Assembly: GCA_963808235.1 (NCBI GenBank)
Contig: CAWEEQ010000004.1
Span: forward strand, 2,624,001 to 2,688,000
Direction of reading: 5' to 3'
Source: an uncultured delta proteobacterium
GTDB lineage: Bacteria > Desulfobacterota > Binatia > Binatales > Binataceae
DNA: 64,000 nt
Both the position numbers and the translations under genes were made by a program. The notes under the pieces were generated by a model. It was not told the origin of the DNA, ran no database searches, and saw only the letters and a program-made list of their open reading frames with translations. Position 1 is the first letter of the stretch; each line of letters begins with the position of its first letter. Shown piece after piece: positions 37,277 to 47,362 of the stretch.

Positions 37277-37741
37277 ATGAGACGAGCAATCATTTTCGGA
37301 TCTTCGCTCGCGACGATTCTGGCGCTGGCATATTTGTGGCCGATGGTCGCTGGTTCGTCGGCGCAGAGCGGCGGTCCTCGCGGAGCGATGTGCGTCGCGG
37401 GCCATTGCTGCTGCTCGGGACGCGCAGAGGCGCAGACCGTCGCGGCTAACGAATCACAAGGCGCTCCGACGCTCGATCCAAAGCAGTTCGTGGGTCCGGT
37501 AAGAGAGGCGTACACATTTGCGGGGAAGGATCCCGCGCTGCTGGCGCAACTGCATTGCTACTGCGGATGCGACAAGGCGTTCGGTCATCAGAGCCTGCTC
37601 GATTGCTATCGCGGCACCCATGGAGCGACGTGCGAGGTCTGCACTCAGGAGGCGTTGCTGGCGAAGCGCATGTCGGAGCAAGGTTCGCCGGTCGATGAGA
37701 TACGCAACGCGATTCGCAGAAACTTCGCGCCCGACAATTGA
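37277..37741 (+). CDS. PCYCGC-motif (lipo)protein
   Basis: HCYCGC...H.SLLDCY...HGATCEVC; additional CVAGHCCC. Confidence 0.85.
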   Translation: MRRAIIFGSSLATILALAYLWPMVAGSSAQSGGPRGAMCVAGHCCCSGRAEAQTVAANESQGAPTLDPKQFVGPVREAYTFAGKDPALLAQLHCYCGCDKAFGHQSLLDCYRGTHGATCEVCTQEALLAKRMSEQGSPVDEIRNAIRRNFAPDN

Positions 37742-37795
37742 GTTGCGGGGGACAACCTATTTGCGACGTCGTGCTTTTCAATCACAATCGCTTCG

Positions 37796-38983
37796 ATGCG
37801 ATTGAATGCCGAAGCACAGCGACCGCCAGGTGACCGCCTGAAGGAAACCGAACGCCGACGCCGAATCATGATCGTGGCGGGCGAGGCGTCGGGCGACCTT
37901 CATGGCGGCGACCTGGCGCGCGAGATCGCGGCGCGCAATCCGGGCTGCGAACTGTTCGGAATAGCCGGCGAGAAGATGCGCGCGGCGGGAGTGCGAGCGC
38001 TGGTCAGGATGGAGGATATCCACGGGCTCGGACTCTCCGAACTCGCCTCGACGATCGGACGCACGGTTTCCGCGTTTCGCGAGCTGCGGAGGATCATCAA
38101 GCGCGACAAGCCCGACCTCGTGATCCTGATCGATTACGCCGAATTCAACCTGATTCTCTCCGGCACCGCCCGGCGCGCGGGCGTGCCAGTGCTCTATTAC
38201 ATCACGCCGCAGGTGTGGGCGTGGCGGCGCGGGCGCGTCGACAAGCTGGTCGATCGCGCGGACCGTCTCGCGGTGGTGCTGCCATTCGAGAAGGAGCTGT
38301 TTCATCGCGCGGGCGAGCGGGTTTCATTCGTCGGGCATCCTTTGCTTGACCGCGTCGCGAAGGTGTCGAGTCGCGCGGAGACGTTGAAGCTTCACGGATT
38401 TTCACCAGGAGCACGACTGATCGCGATTCTGCCCGGGAGCCGCCGCGCGGAAGTTCGCTACCTGCTGAAGCCGATGGTGGAGGCGGCGCGGATCATTGCG
38501 CGCGACAATAACCTGGAAGTAGCGCTCGCGCTCGCGCCGACGCTGACCCGCGACGAACTTGCCGCGGTCGGGCGCGCAGATCTCGCCGGAGTGCGAATTG
38601 TCGAGAACGATACGTATAGTATTGTCGCCGCGAGCCAGCTTGCGCTGGTGGCGTCGGGGACTGCCACGCTCGAGACGGCGCTGCTCGGATGCCCCGAGGT
38701 GATCGCTTACAAAGTCTCGCCACTTACCTATATTCTAGGGCGGATGCTTGTGACCGGAGTGGATTTTATCGGGATGCCGAACATATTGGCGGGCCAGCAA
38801 ATTGTGCCGGAACTGATCCAGGGCGAGGTGACCGTGGAAAACCTCGTGCGGGCCGCCGAGCCGCTGCTCAGCGATACGATTCGCGCCGAAACAGTAACGG
38901 CGCTCGGCGCGCTGCGTGACAAGCTGGGCGCTCCGGGAGCCGCCGGCCGCGTCGCCGAAATTGCGCTGAGCATGATCGCATGA
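37796..38983 (+). CDS. lpxB: Lipid-A-disaccharide synthase
   Basis: AGEASGDLHG, PQVWAWR, LPFE, VGHP, LPGSR and SGTATLE motifs. Confidence 0.96.
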   Translation: MRLNAEAQRPPGDRLKETERRRRIMIVAGEASGDLHGGDLAREIAARNPGCELFGIAGEKMRAAGVRALVRMEDIHGLGLSELASTIGRTVSAFRELRRIIKRDKPDLVILIDYAEFNLILSGTARRAGVPVLYYITPQVWAWRRGRVDKLVDRADRLAVVLPFEKELFHRAGERVSFVGHPLLDRVAKVSSRAETLKLHGFSPGARLIAILPGSRRAEVRYLLKPMVEAARIIARDNNLEVALALAPTLTRDELAAVGRADLAGVRIVENDTYSIVAASQLALVASGTATLETALLGCPEVIAYKVSPLTYILGRMLVTGVDFIGMPNILAGQQIVPELIQGEVTVENLVRAAEPLLSDTIRAETVTALGALRDKLGAPGAAGRVAEIALSMIA

Positions 38984-40773
38984 AGATGCTCACCCCATTG
39001 CAATTGCGCATGCTCGGATACCTCCGCCGGTACATGTTTCCCTACGTGGTATTGCTTGCAATCGCGATGCTCACGCTGTCAGCGGCTACCGGGGGCGTGC
39101 CGGTGCTGGTACGGATGGTGGTCGATCTCGGGACCAGTCTCGGCGTTTCGCATCGTCTCGATAGGCACGGCGCCTTCATGCTGCGGGAATACTCGCTGGT
39201 GCTGGCGGGACTATTTTTGCTCCGCGCGATCGCCAATTTCTCCGATGACTATTTGAGCGCCTACATCGCCCAGAAGGTCACGATGGATCTTCGCGCCGAT
39301 CTCAACGAAAGCCTGCAACGCCAATCGCTCAGCTTTTTCAATCGCACCCCGACTGGAGTGATGGTTTCACGCGTGATCAATGATGTGAACCTCGTCACGC
39401 AAGCCATCACCAACGGAGTATTTTCCGTCTTCGGCGGCGGCGCGTCGCTGATAGTGCTTCTCGTGGTCGCATTCAAGCTCGATTGGCGGCTGGCGATTGT
39501 CGCCTTTATCGGTTTCCCAATCGTCGTCATTCCGATCGTAAGTCTTTCCAAGAAAGTGCGCCGCGAGACCAAGAATTCACAGAAGCAAATGAGCGGCCTG
39601 CAATCGCTGCTGCACGAAACCTTCCAGGGAAACCGCGTCGTCAAGGCGTTCGGGATGGAAGATTACGAGCGCAAGCGATTCAACCGCGAGCTGAAGCGCC
39701 TGTTTCGAATCTACCTGCGCGTCGCGCGAATCAAAGCGTTTACCGGTCCGCTGATCGAGGCGATGGGGGCGTTCGCGGTCGTGGCGGTCGTATGGTGGGC
39801 GATGGGCTCGCTGCAATCGGGCGCGCGCACGCTCGGTCAATTCGCCGGTTTTTTCACGGTGATGATCCTGGTGTACCCGCCCTTCAAGAGCGTCAGCAAG
39901 ACCAACAACACCATCCAGCAGGGGCTCGCCGCCGCCGAGCGCGTCTTCGAAATGATGGATCATCCGAGCGATGTGCCCGACAATCCCGATGCGACGGAGC
40001 TAGCGCACGGCCCGCATAGCATCGCGTTCGAAAACGTGAGTTTCAGATACGGCGAGGAATGGGTGCTGCGCGATATCAACCTCGAGATTGGCGCGGGCAA
40101 GGTGGTGGCGCTGGTCGGGATGAGCGGTGGCGGCAAATCCACGATCGCGGACCTGATTCCGCGCTTCTATGACGTTCAGAAAGGGCGCGTAACGATCGAC
40201 GGAATCGACGTGCGCAACCTGAAAATTGCATCGCTACGCGCGGAAATCGGCCTGGTCACTCAGCATACGTTTCTCTTCGACGACACGATTCGCGACAACA
40301 TCGCGTACGGCAGCGGCGACCGGAAACTCGATCGGCTGAGCGCGGCCGCCAAGCTCGCCAACGCGCACGACTTCATCTCACGGCTGCCGGCGGGCTACGA
40401 GACGATGGTCGGTGAGCTGGGCGTTCGCATGTCGGGCGGCGAGCGCCAGCGTATCGCGATCGCGCGCGCACTCTTGAAGGACGCACCGATCCTGATTCTC
40501 GACGAAGCGACTTCTTCACTCGACTCGGAGTCAGAACGATCGGTGCAGGAGGCGCTCGAGCATCTGATGGCGAATCGAACCACGCTGGTGATTGCGCATC
40601 GCTTGTCCACCGTGCGCCGCGCGGATCGAATTGTAGTGATCGTCCACGGTCGAATCGTCGAAGAGGGAACTCACGACGAGCTGTTCGCGCGGGGCCGCGA
40701 ATATCGCAAACTTTACGATCTCCAGTTCATGTCGCCCGAGGATCTCGCCGGCAACGGCGGACTCGTCAACTGA
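38980..40773 (+). CDS. msbA: Lipid A flippase ABC transporter
   Basis: TMD plus NBD (GMSGGGKST, SGGERQR); lies in the lpxB-waaA-lpxK context. Confidence 0.9.
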   Translation: MKMLTPLQLRMLGYLRRYMFPYVVLLAIAMLTLSAATGGVPVLVRMVVDLGTSLGVSHRLDRHGAFMLREYSLVLAGLFLLRAIANFSDDYLSAYIAQKVTMDLRADLNESLQRQSLSFFNRTPTGVMVSRVINDVNLVTQAITNGVFSVFGGGASLIVLLVVAFKLDWRLAIVAFIGFPIVVIPIVSLSKKVRRETKNSQKQMSGLQSLLHETFQGNRVVKAFGMEDYERKRFNRELKRLFRIYLRVARIKAFTGPLIEAMGAFAVVAVVWWAMGSLQSGARTLGQFAGFFTVMILVYPPFKSVSKTNNTIQQGLAAAERVFEMMDHPSDVPDNPDATELAHGPHSIAFENVSFRYGEEWVLRDINLEIGAGKVVALVGMSGGGKSTIADLIPRFYDVQKGRVTIDGIDVRNLKIASLRAEIGLVTQHTFLFDDTIRDNIAYGSGDRKLDRLSAAAKLANAHDFISRLPAGYETMVGELGVRMSGGERQRIAIARALLKDAPILILDEATSSLDSESERSVQEALEHLMANRTTLVIAHRLSTVRRADRIVVIVHGRIVEEGTHDELFARGREYRKLYDLQFMSPEDLAGNGGLVN

Positions 40774-40821
40774 GATGCCTTGCTGCGCGCGCCCGAGCTT
40801 GCGCAAATCCATGAGGCTTCG

Positions 40822-42078
40822 ATGTTGAACGCGGCGTACAATTTGCTCTGGTATCCGGCGCTACCCTTCGCGCTGCTCGCGGCGCATCCGGCGAATATGC
40901 GGGATTTTTCCGAGCGCATGGGTCGTGGAGAATTTCCAGAAGCAACCGGCGCTCCGCGAATCTGGATTCATGCGTCCTCGGTCGGCGAAATAGAAGCTAT
41001 CCGGCCAGTCGCGATGGGATTGCTGGAGCATTATCCGAGTGCGGTCCTTGCGATTACCACCATGACCGCAACGGGCCGCGATGCGGCGGAGCGTCGAATA
41101 CCCAAGGCGTCGGCATGGATGCTCGCGCCGTTCGACACGCCGTGGGCGGTTCGATCGTTTCTGGCGCGCTTTCGTCCGAAGGTACTGCTGATCACCGAGA
41201 CCGAAATCTGGCCCAACTACTTTCGCGAGGCGGCGCGATTCGGCGCACGGATTGCAGTTGTCAACGGCCGCATGTCCGAACGATCGATGCGCCGCTATTT
41301 GCTTGCGCGGAGCCTGTTCGAAAACGCACTTGGGCGCGCGAACCTGATCATGACGCAGAGCAGCGACGATGCGTACCGCTATGCCAAGTTCGAGCTCGCG
41401 ACGAAAATCATCGTGACCGGAAATACGAAAATCGCGGAGCAGGTGGATGAAGCCGCGATTCGACCCGAACTGCTCGCGTTTGCGCCCGAACGGCAAATTT
41501 TGGTTGCTGGCTCGACGGCGGCAGGCGAAGAACCCGTCGTCGTCGATGCATATCGAATACTGCGTACGCGTTTTACGAGTCTCGCGCTGGTGCTGGCGCC
41601 GCGTCATCTGGAACGCGTTGGTGAACTCGAAAAGATGCTGCAAGCCGATTCGTTGCGCTACGTGAAGGCGTCGAGCCTGGGTCGCGAAAATTCGATCGGG
41701 AGCGCCAACATTTTGCTGCTCGATACGATGGGCGAACTGCGCGCACTCTATCGCCGCGCAACCGTCGCTTTCGTCGGCGGCAGCCTTGTTCCTGGACGCG
41801 GCGGCCAGAGCCCCGTGGAACCCGCGATGGCGAGCGTCCCGGTCCTCACCGGTCCGCATCACAAGAACCAACGCGAGGTTGTGAACGCCCTGCTCGAGGC
41901 TGGCGGAGCCGCGGTGGTCAAGAATGCTCGCGACATCGCAAACGAATGCACGCGTTGGCTTGCTGACGACGCGGCGCGGCAGGACGCGGGCCGCAGCGCG
42001 CAGATCGCGATCTCCAAACGATCGGGCAGCGCGCGAATCTCCGTTGAACAGATCCAGGCGCTGATCGATCGTGGCTGA
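40822..42078 (+). CDS. waaA: Kdo transferase
   Basis: WIHASSVGE, ETEIWPN, APRHLER, DTMGEL and GGS motifs. Confidence 0.95.
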   Translation: MLNAAYNLLWYPALPFALLAAHPANMRDFSERMGRGEFPEATGAPRIWIHASSVGEIEAIRPVAMGLLEHYPSAVLAITTMTATGRDAAERRIPKASAWMLAPFDTPWAVRSFLARFRPKVLLITETEIWPNYFREAARFGARIAVVNGRMSERSMRRYLLARSLFENALGRANLIMTQSSDDAYRYAKFELATKIIVTGNTKIAEQVDEAAIRPELLAFAPERQILVAGSTAAGEEPVVVDAYRILRTRFTSLALVLAPRHLERVGELEKMLQADSLRYVKASSLGRENSIGSANILLLDTMGELRALYRRATVAFVGGSLVPGRGGQSPVEPAMASVPVLTGPHHKNQREVVNALLEAGGAAVVKNARDIANECTRWLADDAARQDAGRSAQIAISKRSGSARISVEQIQALIDRG

Positions 42079-42081
42079 TTG

Positions 42082-43203
42082 ATGGCGTCTCGCGAGCCAG
42101 GCCGAAATCGCCCGCGAATCGAACGGCTGTGGACGCGGAAGCTTCCCGCGCGCGACTTGCCCGGATGGCTTCCACTCGCCGCCGCGGCCGGACTCTACCG
42201 CTTTGGAATCAGCGTCCGACATCTATATTGGCGGTTGAACAAGCGCCGGGTGGACGTGATGACGATCAGCGTCGGCAACCTGACGGTCGGTGGCAACGGC
42301 AAGACTCCGTTCACGCTGTTTCTCGCCAACCGCTTGCAGAGCCATGGTCTGAAGGTTGCGATAGTGAGTCGCGGCTATAATCGTGCACCGTCGCGAGCGC
42401 TCGCATTGCTGGTTGCCGACGGCGGCACCTTGAAAGTCTCACCGGAAGAAGCGGGCGACGAACCGACGATGCTCGCAAAGTTGTTCAGCGGACCGATCGC
42501 AGTCGCGCGGCGCCGAATAGATGCGATCGAGTTGCTGACGCAACTAGGCCCGCTCGATGCAGTTATCCTCGACGATGGATTTCAGCACGAACGGTTGTAT
42601 CGCGATGTCGATCTGCTGCTGGTGAGCAGCCAGCGGGGATTTGGCAATGGCTGGATGCTTCCGGCCGGCCCGATGCGCGAGCCGATCGGCTCCGTGAGGC
42701 GCGCCGACGCGATCGTGATCGTAAATTTTGGCGATCAAGCATCGTCCTTGCGTCCGTCCGAAATCGCGAAACTCAGCTCGCGAAAGGTTCTCCGCGCTTC
42801 GATTCGTCCGCACTCCTTCCTCGCTATCGAGAACGGAGAATGGCGCGAAATCCCGCTCGGCCTTGCCGGACGGCGGGTGCTCGCGGTCAGCGGCCTCGCC
42901 GACGCGAGCGGTTTTTATGCGATGCTGCGCGATCTCGACGCGGACCTGGTCGGTGTTTTCGAGTATCCTGATCATCATGCCTACACCAGTGCAGATTGGC
43001 AGACTATTGTGAATGCGATGCGCGATGTGGACCTGGTCGTCACCACCGAGAAGGATCTAGTAAAGCTGGAACGGTTTCCGTTCGCGCGCGATTCGCTATA
43101 CGCTCTCAGGCTCGAAGTTACGATGGACCCGGCCGATGCGCTGGCGCTTGATGAATTGATACTGGGCGCCGCGAACAAGCGCGCTGCCGCGTCGCACGCA
43201 TAG
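42082..43203 (+). CDS. lpxK: Tetraacyldisaccharide 4'-kinase
   Basis: [24 protein letters not shown] and TTEKD motifs. Confidence 0.96.
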   Translation: MASREPGRNRPRIERLWTRKLPARDLPGWLPLAAAAGLYRFGISVRHLYWRLNKRRVDVMTISVGNLTVGGNGKTPFTLFLANRLQSHGLKVAIVSRGYNRAPSRALALLVADGGTLKVSPEEAGDEPTMLAKLFSGPIAVARRRIDAIELLTQLGPLDAVILDDGFQHERLYRDVDLLLVSSQRGFGNGWMLPAGPMREPIGSVRRADAIVIVNFGDQASSLRPSEIAKLSSRKVLRASIRPHSFLAIENGEWREIPLGLAGRRVLAVSGLADASGFYAMLRDLDADLVGVFEYPDHHAYTSADWQTIVNAMRDVDLVVTTEKDLVKLERFPFARDSLYALRLEVTMDPADALALDELILGAANKRAAASHA

Positions 43204-43237
43204 AAACTCCGGAGAAATCGATCGGAGGGTTTCCGCA

Positions 43238-43408
43238 ATGGCGCTGAATCAGGAACTGCTCGACATCCTCGCGTGCCCGAAGTGCAAGGGCGCCCTGCGA
43301 CTGAATCCGAAGCAGGACGGCCTGGTCTGCGATGCCTGCAAACTGGAATATCCGGTGCGCGACGATATTCCGATCATGCTGATCGAGGAAGCTAAGCCGA
43401 TTTCGTGA
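43238..43408 (+). CDS. Trm112/YcaR-family protein (56 aa, below the track cut-off)
   Basis: MALNQELLDILACPKCKG...LVCDAC...YPVRDDIPIML; GGAGG SD. Confidence 0.92.
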   Translation: MALNQELLDILACPKCKGALRLNPKQDGLVCDACKLEYPVRDDIPIMLIEEAKPIS

Positions 43409-43451
43409 GCGCCGTTTCGCCGCTCGTCGCGCAGCCGTTACGCTCCGCCCA

Positions 43452-44696
43452 ATGAGAACCATCGACGAGGAGCGCGCGCGCCGGCTCGCGTGGCTCGCGA
43501 TGGGCCTTTACATCGCAGGACTTGGCATCTCGGCGACGCTGCGCAAGCAGGGCGATTTCAACGTCTACTATCGCACCGGTCATCGCGTGCTTCACGGCCT
43601 CGCGATCTATCCGCCTGACGATTCGGATCGATTTCTCTACGCGCCAATCTTTGCGATCGCTTTCGCGCCGCTGGCCGCGCTGCCGCGCCGTCTTGCGCAG
43701 TTCGTCTTCTTCACGATCAACGCCTACGCCCTGGTCGAGTTCGTACTCGGCGCGGGCGTGATCCTGTTTGGCCGCGTGCGACGATTGCCCGCGGCGCTGA
43801 TTGTGCTTCCCGTGCTTCTCGCATTTGTCTTCATCGACAACAACATCGAGCACGGTCAGATCAACCTGCCCACGCTCGCGCTGATTGTCTGGACGATCGT
43901 AGCCGCCGAGGAATCGCACGACCCATCGGCAGGCGGGATGCTCGCCGCCGCAATACTGATCAAACCATTTGCGGTTCTCGCCGCGCTTTACCTGTTGATC
44001 AGAGGCCGGTTTAAGGCGCTCGGATGGACCGTCGTCGCGGGAATCGCGCTGTTGGTGGCGCCGATCGTGTTTTTCGGGCCGCATCGATGGATCGATCAGA
44101 GCGCCGCCTACGTGACTGCGATGCTATCGATGACGAATCGATATCGAACCATGATCACCAACCAGTCGGCAGTGTCGGCGGTGGCGCGCGTGATGAGCCT
44201 GCAAATCGGCACGGACGCGGAAACATCGTCGATTCCTACGATTGTCGGAATGTCGCTCGAAATGATTCTCATCGCCGCGGTGCTTTTCTGGGACTCGCGC
44301 GCGCGCGAACGCGGGCCTTTGCGCGGCCGTCTCGCGCTGTGCGGACTCTTCTGTTTGATGCCCTCGTTCGCGCCGATTTCATGGAAGAGTTACTACGCCG
44401 CGATGCTGCTGCCATACATGGCACTGATCGCCGCCTTGTGGACGGATCGCGCTGACGGCGACCGCGCGCAACCCGCAGTGTGGACGTTGTTGGGGCTATC
44501 GATCGCACTCAATTACATTCCGGAACTTCATTGGAACCGATTCGCGCTATTTTACTCAGCGCATTTTGTTTCTTCGCTCCTCACGCTAGCCGCGCTGTTT
44601 GTCCTCTGGCTCAGAAGTGGCGAGATTGATCGCATGACCGCTACTATGAATTCCGCGGCCGAAATCGTTACTCATCGGCCCGCAGCCAACAGGTGA
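43452..44696 (+). CDS. Glycosyltransferase family 87 (GT-C) membrane protein
   Basis: DF.VYY, FLYAP, GQIN, IKP and NQS motifs; multi-TM. Confidence 0.85.
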   Translation: MRTIDEERARRLAWLAMGLYIAGLGISATLRKQGDFNVYYRTGHRVLHGLAIYPPDDSDRFLYAPIFAIAFAPLAALPRRLAQFVFFTINAYALVEFVLGAGVILFGRVRRLPAALIVLPVLLAFVFIDNNIEHGQINLPTLALIVWTIVAAEESHDPSAGGMLAAAILIKPFAVLAALYLLIRGRFKALGWTVVAGIALLVAPIVFFGPHRWIDQSAAYVTAMLSMTNRYRTMITNQSAVSAVARVMSLQIGTDAETSSIPTIVGMSLEMILIAAVLFWDSRARERGPLRGRLALCGLFCLMPSFAPISWKSYYAAMLLPYMALIAALWTDRADGDRAQPAVWTLLGLSIALNYIPELHWNRFALFYSAHFVSSLLTLAALFVLWLRSGEIDRMTATMNSAAEIVTHRPAANR

Positions 44697-45437
44697 GACC
44701 TGCATCGCAAATTCAGTGGCGCGCCGATCCGAACTTCACCCGAATCAGGCTCGGACGCCGCGACATAATCTTGCATCGCGACGTTGCAGCGCTCGCGTCC
44801 GCGATTCTTCAGAGCCTCGGCACACTCGGCGCCGCGGGGGCATTGGGGGCGGGCAATCGGCAGAGCGCGTTTCGCATCAATATCGAGGGGGCGCCGGAGA
44901 TGTACGCGCGACGCTCGCGCCGCGGCGGCATCATTGCGTCGATACTCAACGATGTTTACCTGGGCATCAATCCACGTCCGCTGATTGAACTCGCGGTGAC
45001 GGTCGCCGCGATGAATCGCGGAGTTCCGGTCGCGGAGCCGATGGGCGCGATCGTCGAATGGATTGGTCCTGCGCTTTACCGCGGATTTTTTCTGACCCGC
45101 GCGATGCCGGGAATGACGCTCTGGGAATTCATTCAGACCGACGACGATCCGGTGGTGCGAAGTCACGTCCTCGAACAGGCTCGCGCCGCAATCGAAACGA
45201 TGCATCGCAAGGGCCTCTTGCACGCCGACCTCAACCTGCACAACCTGCTCGTGACCCAGGCCGGCGAGAGTTTCACCGTGATGATCCTCGACCTCGATAA
45301 GTCACGGCTATACGATTCTCCGCTGTCGCCTGCGATGCGCCGCACGAACCTCGCGCCTCGCGCGTTCCGCGCGCAAACTCGATCCCGCCCAAAAGTACCT
45401 GGACGCCGCCGCCTTCGCGATTCTGAACCTGGAGTGA
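44693..45437 (+). CDS. Kdo kinase / LPS kinase (KdkA/InaA family); frameshift near 45356
   Basis: RRGG, HADLNLHNLL and LDLDK motifs. The canonical N-L-x-R-L-x-R-S-x-x-K tail is split across frames by an apparent 2-nt loss in a GC repeat. Confidence 0.8.
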
Positions 45438-45642
45438 TCTCGGCTGCCTGGAACGCGTGACTGCCGATCAAAGTCAATGAAAGCGGCTTGCTTTAGACGT
45501 GGTGCGTTTGTATTGTCCGTCGCCTGGAACGATAAGACACTTCTTAACGACCCGCGGCCAGCAGCAGTCACCAAGACCGGAATGGTGATGTGCATCCGAG
45601 GAAAATGTTGGCCGGACTGAGCGAACTCAAATCGGTGAAAAA

Positions 45643-46896
45643 ATGCGCAAGAAAAACACGTCGCGGGCATTGAGGGCAAGCGGTTGGCTTACCTTGGCAC
45701 TTACCCTTGCCGTTGCGCTCGGGGCCGGCACTGTCCAGGCGTTACCCTTGATCAGTTGCAATAATGCGTCGCTCACTCCTCCGTTTGGGCCGATTACGAC
45801 CTACGACTTTAACGGCGGGGCCACCGTCGGCTCCTTCCTTCCAACAGGAGCCGATAACGGCCGGGGTCTCTTGGTCGTCGGCAACCTGGTCTACTATACA
45901 GATCTAGGCGCTCCCTTTGGCTTCGGGCCCCCGGCTTTCATCCACATCGCGCCGCTTAATGGCGGGGCTGGAGGCGCAGACATCGGGACGATACCTAACC
46001 CACGGCCTGCTGATGGCGTTCAGGATATCGCTATCTTCAACGGGGCGCTCTACGTCCTGACAGGCTATCCCAACGATCCGCCAGAAGTGTTCAAACTCAA
46101 TGCAACTACGGGGGCAGTAATTGGCGGTCCGATCTCGATTGCCGCGCCGGCCGCGATAGATTCTGATGGTTTCGCCGTACTAGCGAACGGCAACTTCTTT
46201 CTCAACAGTGGCGATGGGGACTGCAACTACAATCAATACAATCCCACGACGGGCGCCTTGATCGGCGGCACCACGATTGTGGTACCGGGCGCCTCCTTTT
46301 GCACGGGAGTGGATACCGATGGGGTATCGCTGTTCTTTGAAACCGACTTGGACAGCTTCACCCAAACGGATCTGGCCGGGAATCTCATCAGGCGCCAAGC
46401 TGTGGCCGCGAACCAATGTGAAGACATATCGCTAGACTTAGCCGCAACCTGCAACGCGGGCGTCACGATCTCCGGATCAATGGAGGGAAACCTGCCTGTT
46501 CACTCCGGCGACACTCTACGTGCCGGCTTTGATTTCAGTATCCCCGGCAATCATCCCGCCGATACCGTTACATTCTCGAACATAAACGTGTCCATGACGG
46601 TCCAGTGTCCGGATAAAACGTCGGTGACGCTGAATGTCCCCATGCCAAATCAGACCATCACTGACCCAGCTCACGACAACGACTGGCTACCGAGCGGAAA
46701 TCAAAGCAGCAATCTGGTTTACCAGGGTTCGATAACTGTTCCCCCAATTTGCGGCGGCGCAACCGGCCACGTACCCAAAGGCGCAACATTCACCGCCGTC
46801 CTGATGGGGTCTACAAATGACAGCGTCCACGTCCGCTTCCACTATAGCGACGCCACTTCCGGCTCGTGGAGCGGCACGCAGGGATACTGCCACTGA
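45643..46896 (+). CDS. Secreted protein with beta-propeller-like N-terminal region and Cys-containing beta-sandwich C-terminal domain
   Basis: Signal peptide (VQA|L); repeated GL/DI/GF/GV strand motifs; codon usage looks atypical. Confidence 0.7.
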   Translation: MRKKNTSRALRASGWLTLALTLAVALGAGTVQALPLISCNNASLTPPFGPITTYDFNGGATVGSFLPTGADNGRGLLVVGNLVYYTDLGAPFGFGPPAFIHIAPLNGGAGGADIGTIPNPRPADGVQDIAIFNGALYVLTGYPNDPPEVFKLNATTGAVIGGPISIAAPAAIDSDGFAVLANGNFFLNSGDGDCNYNQYNPTTGALIGGTTIVVPGASFCTGVDTDGVSLFFETDLDSFTQTDLAGNLIRRQAVAANQCEDISLDLAATCNAGVTISGSMEGNLPVHSGDTLRAGFDFSIPGNHPADTVTFSNINVSMTVQCPDKTSVTLNVPMPNQTITDPAHDNDWLPSGNQSSNLVYQGSITVPPICGGATGHVPKGATFTAVLMGSTNDSVHVRFHYSDATSGSWSGTQGYCH

Positions 46897-46912
46897 ACCC
46901 GGATGGTCTTTA

Positions 46913-46940
46913 GCGTAGCCGGTCGACGGACCGGCTACGC
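46913..46940. terminator. Perfect 12-bp hairpin between convergent genes (terminator or GTAG-type REP-like)
   Basis: GCGTAGCCGGTC-GACG-GACCGGCTACGC. Confidence 0.7.
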
Positions 46941-46945
46941 GCCGT

Positions 46946-47344
46946 TTACTCAGATACAAGCGACATTCGCTTCGTCGCGATCGCGTCAATCTCGATTCGA
47001 GCCTTGCGCGGCAACGCCGCGACCTGGACCGTCGAGCGCGCCGGATACGGTGGCTCGAAATGCTCGCCGTAGATACGGTTGACCGTCTCGAACTCGCTGA
47101 GATCGACCATGAAGATCGTTGTCCGGATCACATCGACAAAATCCACGCCCGCGGCTGCCAGCACTTCGCCAAGATTCTGGAGCGCACGCCGCGTTTCGAA
47201 TTCGATTCCGCCTTCCACCAACGTCCCCGACAGCGGATCGAAACCAATCTGCCCCGAGCAGAAGATCATTCCGCGCTGTTCGACAGCCTGCGAGTACGGA
47301 CCGAGCGCAGCTGGCGCCTGTTTGGTATGAATCGCTGTCTTCAT
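46946..47344 (-). CDS. ridA: RidA family enamine/imine deaminase
   Basis: APAALGPYSQA, SGQI and PARSTV motifs. Confidence 0.93.
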   Translation of the reverse strand: MKTAIHTKQAPAALGPYSQAVEQRGMIFCSGQIGFDPLSGTLVEGGIEFETRRALQNLGEVLAAAGVDFVDVIRTTIFMVDLSEFETVNRIYGEHFEPPYPARSTVQVAALPRKARIEIDAIATKRMSLVSE

Positions 47345-47362
47345 CGCATTGCGCGCAAACGA

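Noticed and set aside
29394-37795. Island as a mobile element
   Set aside because: No integrase, transposase, tRNA, terminal repeats or target-site duplication is visible at either border.
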